Shown: positions 28,833 through 40,900 of the stretch, piece after piece
Layout of the letters: each line of letters starts with the position of its first letter
Numbering within the stretch: the first letter of the stretch is position 1
Source of the DNA: Raillietiella orientalis
Taxonomy: Eukaryota
Direction of reading: 5' to 3'
NCBI GenBank assembly: GCA_036172245.1
Contig: JAYWIR010000013.1
Span: forward strand, 1,240,001-1,304,000
DNA: 64,000 nt
Program-made: the position numbers and the translations under genes
The notes under the pieces: model-generated
The model's input: the letters and a program-made list of their open reading frames with translations, nothing else
Database searches by the model: none
Told to the model about the DNA's origin: nothing

Positions 28833-29562
28833 CCCTAGAAGGGTAACGTGGGGTCATATGCGACACGCAGGAACTGAAATGTGCAGACTTTCTGCTTGGT
28901 CGGTGTTGCGAGCATGCCGAAGCAGCTACCTCTTACTAAGGCTTCAGCGTGCCGCAGTCGCAACGACGTGCAGATCAGTTGGTTTCATTTCTTGCCTGCT
29001 TGTGCTGTATACGACACCCCGTTACCTTTTACGTCACAAATTGTACCCGTGGTCTCTCATAATAGTATTCCCACGCAAAATGAACCGGAAGGGTTGATTG
29101 GACGCTAGGAGAGAGCAGAAACCAATTTGGAAAAGTTTTCATGTGACCAAGATCAAGATTTTGACGACGGAAATACGGAAGCAGAGAGCGATACCAGCTT
29201 GTAAGAACACCTCACATGGAACGCCGGTTACAACGCAGTAATGTGTCCAGTTCTTTGCGAAATCTTATTTTATTTGTACTAAATGAAGAAGATCCGAGGT
29301 TCCCGAGTTCCGCCAGCCGGATAGGAAGGGAAAAGAGTATGTGCCTGTTGCAAAAAAGTCATGTGTGTCCCACATCGAAGGCCTTTGTGCTGCGAACGTG
29401 CAAATAATGTGTGAAATAATTTGTAAAGATGATTGCATAATTCATTAACAAAATGAATTTTTTTTATGAAAAATCATTTAATGTTTATATAATTTGAATT
29501 GGTGTTCTATGTGACACCACGTAACCATTTACGCACAAAATCGTCTCGTTACCCTTTTAGGG
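28833..29562 (+). mobile_element. Internally deleted piggyBac-family DNA transposon (730 bp, non-autonomous)
   Basis: TTAA at 28829-28832 is followed by the TIR CCCTAGAAGGGTAACG. The right TIR CGTTACCCTTTTAGGG (29547-29562) matches at 15/16 positions. Internal remnants PHMERRLQRSNVSSSLRNLI and RVCACCKKVMCVPHRRPLCCER* (29334-29414) resemble the piggyBac transposase C-terminus and its cysteine-rich domain. Confidence 0.88.
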
Positions 29563-31309
29563 TTGTTTCGAGCATAAAACCTCAAGGAACCTCTTCCCCA
29601 CTTCCCGAAATGCTATTCACTATGCCATTTCACAGCTCGCGTGAGATATAACACTGACTCCAGGAGAAGCTTTCTCAACACGGAACACATCTCGGAACAC
29701 CGCATTTCATGAAGTAAATCAGTTCCTGTTCGTAAACATGGAAGACGCCACGTGCTTGCTTCCACTTGTTTTATCGATTCACTGAGGTCCAGATGCCACC
29801 TTTGCATTTCGCCGAGGATCTATCCCGCTTCCTCCTTGGCACTGCTCCGGACGGATTCACATCCAGGACGTTCCGGAGGCTTTCCTGTTCGGGATCGGTC
29901 CCAGCAAGGGTCCCTCACTCCGCTCAGTTCCGGATACGTTCTAGCTAAACGGCGATTCAGGGGCTCAAGGATCGGGAACAGAGCTGTCAAGATGGAAAGT
30001 TTCCCGTACCCCGAGCGGGAATGACCCCGCATTTGAACTCTCAGACTCTCAGCAAAACACGATCCAAGAAAACGAAACGATGAAGGCCCAAACTGCTGAT
30101 CAAACCAATTCGTAAGTCCACAGGAAAGCATGGATTGGCAATCGACATGAGCCTAAAAGAATTGAAAGGAGCAACACAGAAGGACGGCAATGAAACACCT
30201 CAACCCGGTCATTGGAGTCCGTGAGCTCACAGAAAAAGCATTTGAGCCACAAGTTATGCAAATCATGCAGCATGAAGTTTCGTGTCTACTGACTTTGATC
30301 CGTTCACCAAAGTCAATAAACACCTCGAATCCGTCAAAGTTCCACCGTGTGGGAGGTTTCATCGGTTGCTAGGAAATCCTTTGTAAGAAGATACGTTTAT
30401 AGAGGCTGGAAAATTCCATGAGCCTGGCCTGGAACCAGTTTATGATGAGGCAGCAGCACTCAGAAGGCAGGGGTTGCCGACGGTGTTGGAATACTTAGTG
30501 GCGTATCTTCAGCCACTGGTCCCATTGGAACGGGAATAGCAGCCGTGGTGTTTGTGCGCACTGAGATGGATTCATCTGCAAAAAAGCAGCTAAACAGGAA
30601 GATAAAATCATTCACTTGGCGGGACGGGAAAAAAGTCAAAGGGTAAACCATCTACGAACTGATGAGGTAAGCCCCTTTTTTTTTTTTCTTTGACATCTTC
30701 CCTTCCCTCTCCGTTTCGTCGTGGGAAGCATCTTCGGCCCTCTTTCTCCACTCCCTGTTCCCGATGCTCTTCCCCATCCGCCGCAGCGTGCCTCCTATGC
30801 TAATTTCATTCATTCTGGTCGCTGCGTCTCGTGGTTCGTTTTCCCCGGCTCTCCCTGATCCATGCCCGTGCCGTGGCCTCGTTCCATCCCATCTCCTCTG
30901 CTTGGGCCGCCGGCTAGCAGGACGTGGGTGCGGTGCTTCCACATCGCGGGCATCGAACTGCAAGCGAGTGGAGATGGAACCCTCTCCAAGCAACCAACCT
31001 GCTCCCTGGAATCCAACAAAGCAGCTCCAGAGATCAACACCGATGCCAGTTAAGGAAGACGCAGCCTCTCCGGTTTCATCACGACGGCAAGAGCGAAGGA
31101 AATCTCCCAGAAGAGCGCTGGGGTGTGTCGGGTGACGAGTGGCGCGGAAAACGCATCATCCGGGGGTCGAGAGGACCGGCCAACACCGGCGGACCCCAGA
31201 CCGCCTGCTAAAATCCCACTTGTAGTATATGCATCGCCGAAGCAGGCTTGGACCCCAATAGTGGCCATGAGACGCAAGGCATCCGTGAGGAAAACACGCA
31301 TATTATATA

Positions 31310-32340
31310 TAAAGTAATATACAGATTCTTTTTAACATACATGTTAATTAATATTTTTCAAAATACGTTGTATTATTAATATAATTAAAAATATCCTTAT
31401 ATACATATACATATATCTATTATATATAATATATATATATATATGTATATGTATATAAGGATATTTTTAATTATATAACAAGCATATGCTTGTTATATAT
31501 TTTAATATAATTAATGATATGCTTATTGTATATGTTAACACATATTTCTATATGGAGTAACATATTATAAAGATTATAAAAATAAAATCATATGTTTATT
31601 ATGTACATAAATGTGTATTTGTGTATAATAATAAATATATGTTAAATATATAAATATCGAATGTGTAAAAATAGAAAATAATTGTGACAAATAAAAATAG
31701 TGGAAAAGAATGAAAATGGAAACAAATTAAAAAAAAAAAAAGGAGTAATTTGGTATTTCATTTTCCCGTTATCGTGCACACTCGACAAATGACGAAATCC
31801 ATTTTCAAGATGTTGATCGTTTGATCAACATGGGTTTATAATTCCATATTTATAAGTCCATCTCATATGCATTCGTTACATGTATAAGTATAATATATAG
31901 CAAAAGTATACCTAGTTATTTTTAATGATCTTTTCTGTATATATATATATATTACATCAATGAATATGGATGTTAAAATAGATTTGCATATTAAGCTATA
32001 TATCTATATATATCAATATACATGAAAGGCAAATATATTTATTTTTATTCGCCTTTATAATATATATTAGTCTATGTATAAATATATATGAATATATAAT
32101 AAAAGTATTATAGATTATGTAAATAATATGCCTATCAATAAATTTGCACAAATACATGTGAAAAATCATATTAAAGAGTAAGAATATGCATGTTAATAAA
32201 TATTAATAAATATGCATGTTAAACTAAATCCTTACACTAATTTATATACATCACATATATATTTAATAATATTTATAATATATATTAATCTATACGTTAA
32301 TCTAGATATAAATATATATATAATAAACGTTTGTATTTAT
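31310..32340. repeat. Extremely AT-rich low-complexity island with perfect inverted repeats
   Basis: TA/TATA-rich. Contains a 38-bp perfect inverted repeat (31379-31416 / 31439-31476), the 28-bp perfect palindrome TATATAACAAGCATATGCTTGTTATATA (31472-31499) and a 9-bp hairpin (31810-31831). Confidence 0.85.
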
Positions 32341-32879
32341 TTTTCAGATCTTTTGGTATTTTGATTAGCACCTCCGTGACTGTAATTCAGAGATCGGCAC
32401 AGTTACCTATTTTCCTCCCTACCTTTCTTCTGCATTTTATATGGCAATCCTTTTGCGCTTTTGTGGTAATTTCTTGCTCTGAGATGCACGATGACATCGG
32501 ACTCTCAGAACAACTGCAGCATTACTGAACCTCATCAGTCTACGTACAATACATGCATGGCAATTTTTGCATGCTTTACTATGCATCCCCATCATCAGTT
32601 TCGTGGGGAAACCAGAAATCCTGGGGTGCTGCGGGCCGCTATTGCTTATCGCTGCCGCGGGCCGTCTATCTGTGTCGAGAAATGGTGCCCACTCCATCCA
32701 GTGCTCCCTCCTGATCCTCTGGATCATCGGATGGGTCATCCTTAGCATTCTTCCATATGTGTCGCTCACCAAAACGTGGCACACCGGACGAGCTCTGAGA
32801 AACCACCAAAACCTTCGATGCTTCGGAGCAGAGTTACTCCCGGCAATGTATAAATAGAATTGGAAAATGTCCCTGGGGA

Positions 32880-33630
32880 ACCCTCACGAAACCCTTCGAC
32901 CAGAACCCTCACGCCGGTTTGGAGCCACGCCTCTTGCAGATCGCCAGAAAACCATCCCCAACCCCTCCCGGAGAAGAGCAGGCGGCTCCGAATGCGAGGT
33001 CGCGCCTTCCGTATTTCCCGCCTTGGCTTCCCGAGTCCAGCCGAGTCGTTTTTCCGGGAGCAGTTCCCGAGGATCCGTGTGCAGGGCACAAATCCTTCTG
33101 GGTATCCTTCTTTTCTGCCTTCTTCCGGAGGACCCCCAGGGAGGTCCGCTCCATTTTTTCTTCTCTGAAGAGAACCCGGATACGCTCCTGGAATTTCTTC
33201 TCCTGAGGGACTCCGCGCAAAGGGATCCACTCCTGTTTACTCCTCTGAAGAGAACTCCTAAGGGATGCTTCCGAAATTCAGAAGGGCGCTGCTTCACCGA
33301 AGGGAGCTGCTCGCTTCTCTGCACTCTCTGGAGAGGTGGCGACACACCTACTCCACGGAAGGTTCCCTCGGAATGAGGGGTCCTCTCCTTCCCAACCAGA
33401 GGGGGAGCTCCCACTCATTGATTCCTAGAAGGACCCTAAGGTCGACTCCCATTTGTCCCGGTCCTCATCCGGGGAATCCGGTTTCAACCGTTACCAGTGC
33501 CTCACCCGAATGAATGGTGGCCTGCCAGAGTCATCTTGCGGGAGGAACTCGAACCCACGACGCACAGCGTCGATTCAATTCGGAGTATTCGAGCCCGCGA
33601 CGCTTGGTGCCACGTTCGGAGACCACCGTA
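32880..33630 (-). mobile_element. Putative SINE, copy D
   Basis: The reverse complement shows the head GTGGCACCAAGCGTCGCGGGCTCGAAT, a second B-box GGTTCGAGTTCC (33544-33555), CCTTCTAGGAATCAA, CCTCTCCAGAG and a tail GGGTTTCGTGAG. Confidence 0.7.
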
Positions 33631-34360
33631 GAGATACGACCTCCAAAGCGGGTTGCATCCTCCACTGGTCGGATCGCCTCCCTTGGGCAGTGCTCGCATC
33701 TGCTTTCGTGAACCAACGCTGGGAACCTCTCTGTTCTAACCGGATTCGCATCGTAAGTTCGTGGAACAGACGCAAGTAGGCGTGCAGTTACCGCCAATAG
33801 TGGGAGATGGGCACACTGTCAGGTACGGATGCCATTCTTGAGTGAGTCCGCAAACGTGTTTTTCAATTCTTCTGTCGAGACTTCCCCTTCAGGCTTGCGT
33901 TTTTGAGGCAAACTCAGTCTTCCGTGCACATTGAGCGGAAGGCTTCCTGCTCCGTAAGGTGCAGACGTGGCATCGGAAGTGGTCGGTTTAGTGATGCTCA
34001 AAGACCTCCACGATTCATTCTGGCGTTTGACGGACTCGGCTATCACACCGGGTACGGAAGATATCGATGGAGATTTCCTACTTTTCCAGCAGTCGATTTC
34101 TCCTTTCACAATTTGGATGCTGTACCGCCTCTTATCCCAGTACCTCTCGTGGGAGTGGTCCTGGAAGTCCAACTCTCGACACGCTTCTCGTCCTCATGCC
34201 GTCGTTTTGCAGATTGCAGAACAGACGGATCCTGTGTTTCAACCTGTCCCATTCAGCGACTCTGCGAATGATGGAAATCCTTTTGGGTTCTTCCCTGTTT
34301 TCCTTCCATCTGTTTTTTCTTTTTTCGGTTCTCTGAGTGCTGAAGAAACGTCCGTCTGAC

Positions 34361-35045
34361 AGCTCACGAAGCTCTTTAGCACTGTTCCACGCCACCCAAG
34401 TGTCTGTGCTAACTCTTCAAGTAAGAGGGCACCTTGGTAAGGGGACCACCTATGAGTCCAAAAAGGAGTCCGTTCCTCCTACGCTTGGGAGGAAACTCCG
34501 AAGGGAATCGCCTCTCCCTTATTCACTCCGGAGGGACCGAGGAGGGCTGCTCCATTATTTCTTCTCCGGAGGGACATCCCAAAGGAATCGGCTTCCGTTT
34601 CCTCCCCCTCTGAAGAAAACCCCGAAGGGACACTTCCCGATTTCTCTGAAGGGCGCTCCCCGAACGGAGCAGCTCACTTCTTTACACTCTGGAGAGGCAT
34701 CAAGCAACTTCATGGTACGCGATGGAGGGTTTCTTCTTCGAGAAAATGGGGGGATCCCCATTTGCACAACTGAAAGGAGAACCCCCAAAAAAACCGGCTT
34801 CTTGATTCCAGGAAGGATCCAGGAGGGTCAACTTGCAATCCTGACCAGTCAACGGGGGCATCCGACTTGCGCCAGTGTTTTCACCCGAAAGCTTCAGTCC
34901 AACCAGCGTCATCTTCCGGAAGGGGGAACTCGAATCCACGAAGCACTCCCCATTCTCGGCGTCGGTTCTTTACAGACATGGGAACCCACAACGCTTGGTA
35001 CGACGCGCGGAGACCGCACCCACACGGACTCTAACCCAGCCCTGT
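34361..35045 (-). mobile_element. Putative SINE, near full-length copy E
   Basis: Collinear with copy A from head to tail: the core at 34802-34855, CCCTCCGGAGAAGAAATAATGGAGC, and the tail ACTTGAAGAGTTAGCAC...AAAGAGCTTCGTGAGCT. Confidence 0.8.
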
Positions 35046-36129
35046 TTCGCAGAATCGCCTCTATGACTTCCTGGCGACACAACAGCGTCTCAAAGCAAGC
35101 AGGCACGTAGATGAACGCCTTCCTGATACCATTCTTAGATATCTCTTGATGGAACCGCCACAACGGTTGGTCCGAGGACGATCTCTGCGTTTGCCGGAAA
35201 CCCTGCAAATGGTTGCCTGCATCTTTGCTATAGAAGGCGTGATCTATCGGTTTGTGGACTCCTTGTTGGTCACAGAAGTTTCCTCGAGCCGCAGCCGATA
35301 CGCCGTCCTCTCTCGGGCATCTCTGGACTGTTCTCCGGTATGTCAAAATCACCCACGACAGTGACGATGTCCCTGAGTCAGACTTTGCTGCGCGGAAGTG
35401 CTGCTTCCGCACATCGGCGTTGTTCTTTGCAAGGTCCGTACACGTTAACCAGGAAAAGGCGGATGCTTTCGGGCAGGACATTCGAACGCCGATGATTTTT
35501 TTGTTTTTTGTTTTGGAGGGGGAGGACGAGAGAACGTCCCGAGGACGGTGTGCGCGATGTTTTCTTCCGAAAACACTCTTCGCCTTTTCTTCCGCGCTGA
35601 TGGAAAGCTCGACGTCCAGCCGTCACTCGAGTTCCAATCCGATCTTCTGACCCATATCGTGGGTTTCCTTGCTATGTGATCACGCCCGATGATTCGCGTA
35701 ATGCATCTCCTTTTGTCCAGGTTCAGCAATTGATGTTCTAGGAAGTGATTTCTTCGTTCCAGGCCATCGACAGGAAGGAGATGATTGGGGTTTAACGAGA
35801 GGCTCTGGTCACCCTGCGCTTCTGCTGAGATCCGTTTTCGCCTCCTAACAGTCTCACGTTCTACCGCTTTAGGGCTCCACGTAATCCGCGCTATCTGCAA
35901 CAGGATGCTGTGCTGTGGCCTTCGCATGTGGTCCTGGTTGCCCTCTGGCCACCAGGCTCATTTCTTTCCTGGATGTCGACAGGAATAATGGAAATCCTGA
36001 GGGTCCTTCCATTTATTGAGTTCCATTTAGCTTCTTTTTTCGGTTTCCTTTCATTTTTGTCCGCTAAGCCATCAACAGCCATTCGCTCCGAATAGGACAT
36101 CAGGGATGGCCCGACGATGCCGCCACAGG

Positions 36130-36262
36130 AGCCCACGAGGGTGTGTATTTTAGTCAGGGGGAAGCCCCGAAGGGACCTACTAATCTAGGAAGGTCCCGAG
36201 GATGGAATCCGTTCCTCTTTGCTCTTGGGAGGGAACTACGAAGGGAACCTACTCTTCCCTGA
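36130..36262 (-). mobile_element. Putative SINE, 3' fragment F
   Basis: The reverse complement TTCCCTTCGTAGTTCCCTCCCAAGAGCAAAGAGGAACGG...CCTTCCTAGATT matches 19956-20020 of copy A. Confidence 0.65.
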
Positions 36263-37903
36263 AAGTTGCAGACACAACTTTTGTTTTCATTAAGAATGTC
36301 GGAAGGCGCCCTCCAAATGGAAGAGGGGGTTGGAAGGGAAGAGCAAGGTTAAGCGGGCAAATTAACCACGATCCGTGTCAATTCAAGGGCACTCGCACTT
36401 TTCCCACCCACAATCGCGCTAGTGATTTTCTCTTGCAGTCCAGAGGAACACTCTACCTTCCTGGTGTCTCCTTTGGTGAACTCTCGTTGCGGTTGCGAGG
36501 GGGCTTCCGAAATGGATCCGGAGTCTCAGAAGCTGACCTGTTCACTGAGCACGGCTCGGGAAATCTCCTGAAAGGCAACTGTTGGGTCAGAGAGCTGCCG
36601 TCGGCTGCCTGAAACTCGGTAGGGAGCCAGCACCACCCCCATCAGGACTCCGACCCGGATCGCGCAATCCTCGGGAGAGGTCGCAGAGCTATACCTCTGC
36701 AGTTCTGCAGGAGGAAGCACCAGGAGCCGCCGTGGCGAAATGAGACGAGGTCATCAAAGCGGCGACCGTCAAGTAGCTTCCCGAGGTCGGCAGCAGGGGC
36801 CCCCCCAGGAAGGAAAGAGATCGACAGCTCCTACAGCCTTCAATTTGTCCTGGATTTCTCTCCATTCCAGGAGAAAGGCGGAGCCCCGGACAAGTTAAAG
36901 GCAGCCGATGTAGAACGAACAAGGCGCCAAGGGGTGCCGTCATCGCGCCCTAGACAAACGCTAGCCATCCCTTCTCTTTTTTCCCCAGGCACCATCTTCC
37001 TGGATTCGTACCAGACGGCGCGGAGGCACCAGGCGCGTCAGTTGACTTGGCTTTCGGAGGGATTCCTTTTTCTCTCACACTCAGTCAGCGTAGTCATGAT
37101 GCCAACGGGTGTCGACAAAGCGCCGCCGTCGTCTCGCATTCGCGGCAGCTCCTGCACGCTGCACGCTCACCACCGCACAGCAGCAGCAGCAACAGCAGAG
37201 ATCTCCACATCAGCGTTTTGAAGAGGTCGGAAAAGGAGCCACTACCTCAGACGACGGCTAGGCTTGGAGGCTTTGTTTCGTCTTCTTCCTCCTACAACCA
37301 AAAATGGGAAATCAGCAGCTCTCTAGCTGCTTCCGGAGGCAAAATGGACGGCGTGTCGGTGTGATGCGAGGACGAAGCCCTTCCTCCTCCTCCTATCGGA
37401 AGTGCCCCCGGGTGGAACCCGCATGGCGGGAAGACGCGCAAATTGATCCGTCATCGACGACAACTACGACGCCAGGTATACACCTGCTTGTGGGTCGCCT
37501 TCTCTCTTTCTCCCCTCCCTTGCTTCCTGAGTGTGGGTACTATGTGCCCCGATTCGCCCTGCGCTCCAGCATGCAGTTGAACCAATGCTGGGGAGCCACC
37601 TAAATCGACTTGAGGGTCGGCAGGTTCCGACCCACAGGGAGCGAGTAGCAGGCCCTCCACTCCGGTGGGTAGGTGCATCACAAATTGCGTTGGAGACCCA
37701 CTCTCCCCTCCCTTTTCGTCCACTCGTACGGGAGACTCCGCCTTGCGGCGCCGCCTTTCCTTGCTGCCGAGATGTATTGAGCATGGTGGAAAGACAGGAA
37801 GAGGAGGGGAAGCTGTGCGTCGGCGGCAACGGTGGCTGCTGGTCTCCCGGCAGGGAGGCGACCCACCGTGCTGTGAGACAGCGTACGCGACTCCAGGAAG
37901 GGC

Positions 37904-40900
37904 TCAGGCCTCCAGAAGGCCTTGGTCGGGAACAGGGTTCTTGATGAGCTTCAGGACATCCCTGAAGCAGGGATGGTCACAGGAGCACAGCAAGCCCAGG
38001 ATGATGCTCTCGCTGGTGGTAACGTAAATGCCATCCTGCTGCATACGTCTGAACGCGAACAATCTGAAAGGGGAAAGAGGGTGGGTGGAGGACCCTTGGC
38101 TGCAAGGGGCGCCAAAAGGAACGAGAGAGAGAGGGGGCAAACCCTCTAGTCCCTGCTCACCTGTCGACCTGCGTGCGGGAAGATGTCGCATCTGCGACCA
38201 GGTGGACTCGGTAGCCCTCGTTCACCAGAGACAGTGCGGTTTGTTGGATGCACACGTGGGCTTCGATCCCGAACAAGACGATCGACTCGATCTGGAACGC
38301 ACCTCTCCCTTAGCGAGGTGCCGATGAGCCCTTCACCGCCGCTCCCCCCTTCCTCTTTCCTCTCTCAGGAAGTCAGCAGAGCACCGAGAGACTTTCGCTT
38401 CCGGACGCGATGGTGTCTCCCCCCCCTCCTCCTCACATAGCAGCCGAAAGCACGGTGACGAGGAACGAACACTTCGCCCAGTATCTTCGCGCGAGCAAAG
38501 GCTGGAAAATTGTCCCCGGCAATGGTCGCGAAGCACTTCTCGTTCGGGTCGCACTCCTCCATCCAAGCAGGAGAGCCAAAGTGCACAGCAGCGAGCCATC
38601 CGGAGGAAACGACCGGGTGCGCGCGAGCGCGACAAGAGGGAGAGAGGAAATCATGTGTGATTTCACGCAGTACGAACCACGGAACACCGCTGCAAGCCAT
38701 CTCTGAGAGAAGCCGCGAGATGGTGTGGACAGGATGAGTGCCCAGGCTTCGGGGGAAGCACTCTCCAGAAACAAGACGCTCTGTCGGGAGGGATTCCTTG
38801 TCCAAGAAGGAAGAAGATTGGCTGCCGGGGCTTGGCGGAACCTGGTGTCCCTCCTGGCAGAAGTCGGCGGCGGCACTCCGACTGCTCCGAGTGCACCGTG
38901 CGAGAAGTGCATCCCGTCGGCCGGGGGGACACGGGAAGAACCGGAAGTGTGGAAACAGAGGCAGTCGAGAAGAGTTTGTTCTGTTCGCTTCTGGAGCGAA
39001 AATAGTCCTCACCAGCGGACCTCTTCACGCCTTGATGTTATCGCTCTACGAGATTCGGTGTTTCTTTCTCTAGGCGGCTCAACAGAATCTCTCTGCAAGC
39101 GCCAACGTTCGCATAAGAACACTGCGCCATGCTTTCCGAAATTCAGATGCGGAGGTCCAGAAATGGAAACTTGCGTTCGGTACAGCAAAGTGAGCGCCAA
39201 GAAGCACAACGACAGGCTTTCATTTTCCACACCGTGATTGCATAACATTTTCGTACTGGTGAACGTGCGAGCAGCAAACTTCCCCTTCCGCGGATTTTAC
39301 ACGATAAAAAAAAGGAAATCACGGTCCGCTTAGATAAAATTCACCTAAACGAAATGAAAAGAAAACAAAAATTCAACTCACATCTTTATCTTTCAAAGTT
39401 GCTTTTACAGAAGGCACTAGCATCGAGAACTGTTGCTTCACTATTGGCCTTATTGCATATTTTTCGATGCACAGATCAGAAACGGTGTGACCCAATGCTA
39501 GAAAGAGACATGTGGAAACATCTTTTGAATAATACCGAAGCAATAAACTAATCATCGTGAGCGACGCATTATGTCATCAGAGCGATACGCCTTTAGCATG
39601 TCATAGGTACAACAGAAATCAGGATGCAAATGCTTCCTTGGATCCTGCAAACGGCTTGCGACCCCTGGGCTCGAAACTCGGCAAGGGTAGCCAAAGCTAA
39701 ATCCCTGTCTCTCATTCCTTCTTTATAGGCCGAAGGATCAAACGTCAGATCAGCATGCATGACATCGTGCAAAGATACTTACAATTCTCTTCAGGTATGG
39801 TAAAGTTTGATATAATACTCATGGTGGTAGTCTCTCTTTCAAATGGACTCATTTTAAATTACGTCCAACAAGCAATCTGCGGGCCTTGAATTTCAGGAAA
39901 TTTTCATGTGGAGGAGAGACGTTCTTGATCGAGTGACCTACGACTCCACAAGCATTCCGTATGCTCCTCAGAAACCTACCTGATTCTGGCAAGCTTCATA
40001 CCTATGAAGGACTGTTTATTCTGATCTTTTCCCGTAATCTTCACACAGCTTGCGCACAGAAGAGCCTTCCGATCAAACGATACAGTCCACTTCCTTGAAT
40101 CTTTTATCTTTATGAAGCTCAATTTGACTCATTTCTGGCGCCAGCAGACACATTTACTCGATGATGTTCTACACCTCGTCGTAAAAATAAGTAATTTTGG
40201 CGCCAGGCAGAAAAAAAAAAACATAAATATAAATCATCCCAAAAATCTCTATGCCTTTGTAAAAATGAAGTGAGGATTTTTCTTAAAGATTAAATCTGAA
40301 ATAAGCGGCAAGGCAACGTATGCTACATTCGGTGTTTCAAAAGATGATGCAAATATGCTTTTGGTGGATTTGCTTAATACCATTTCAATGTAAATCTTGG
40401 CTTTTTCGAAACCTCACCACTTTGCGATTGAGCGATAACTCTCATGATAACATAATCGTACACTTCTTACAACGGAGTTTCCTTTTTAAAAACACCTTGC
40501 GATGCAGCTTCCCACTTGAGAAATGACACTCACTTTAAATACTTGAAAACCAACCGTTAATAGTCTTTTACCTGAAATTCTATTCGATCCGAGTTAACTT
40601 ACTCTGACATTATGAATGAAAAGAATTCAAATTCAGTATCTTTGAAAAGATCTCGCCAAAGGGAAAGTTCGAGACTGCTTCCGGGAACCGGGTCCTGCTC
40701 TGCTTGAGCAGTCTCCATTCCACCTGAGCCTCGTAGATGTGGAGACGCCCGCCAATGTGGCACATTTTTGCGGGATCAGGGGAAGAGTTAGGGTTCTGAC
40801 TAAGTACTGATGTTAAAACACCGAAACGACACAAAATTCAGGATACAGGATATTGATAATCTTCGACCTTGTTCCTTGATCGAAAAAGGTACACGGCGAT

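Larger units (their letters stand above)
29600..36120 (-). mobile_element. Fragmented APE-RT LINE interrupted by younger insertions
   Basis: APE motifs IRLFLVNVYGP (~35450) and IDHAFYSKD...SSDQPL (~35240-35160); linker EVSTEELKN..LKNG (~33870); LFHEL..W..LPKGGDP (~33760-33680); FLD (~32680); FEVFID..IKV (~30320). The order is collinear, with many disablements. Confidence 0.55.

Noticed and set aside
15890..30680. Hammerhead ribozyme cores at CTGATGA/CTGAAGA sites (about 15897, 19413, 30659)
   Set aside because: None has a proper stem II followed by GAAA with stems I and III.
16500..39200. Numerous overlapping 100-280 aa ORFs in the six-frame track
   Set aside because: These are expected by chance in GC-rich, repeat-derived DNA. 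They show low-complexity R/G/P/S composition and no intact domains apart from those listed.
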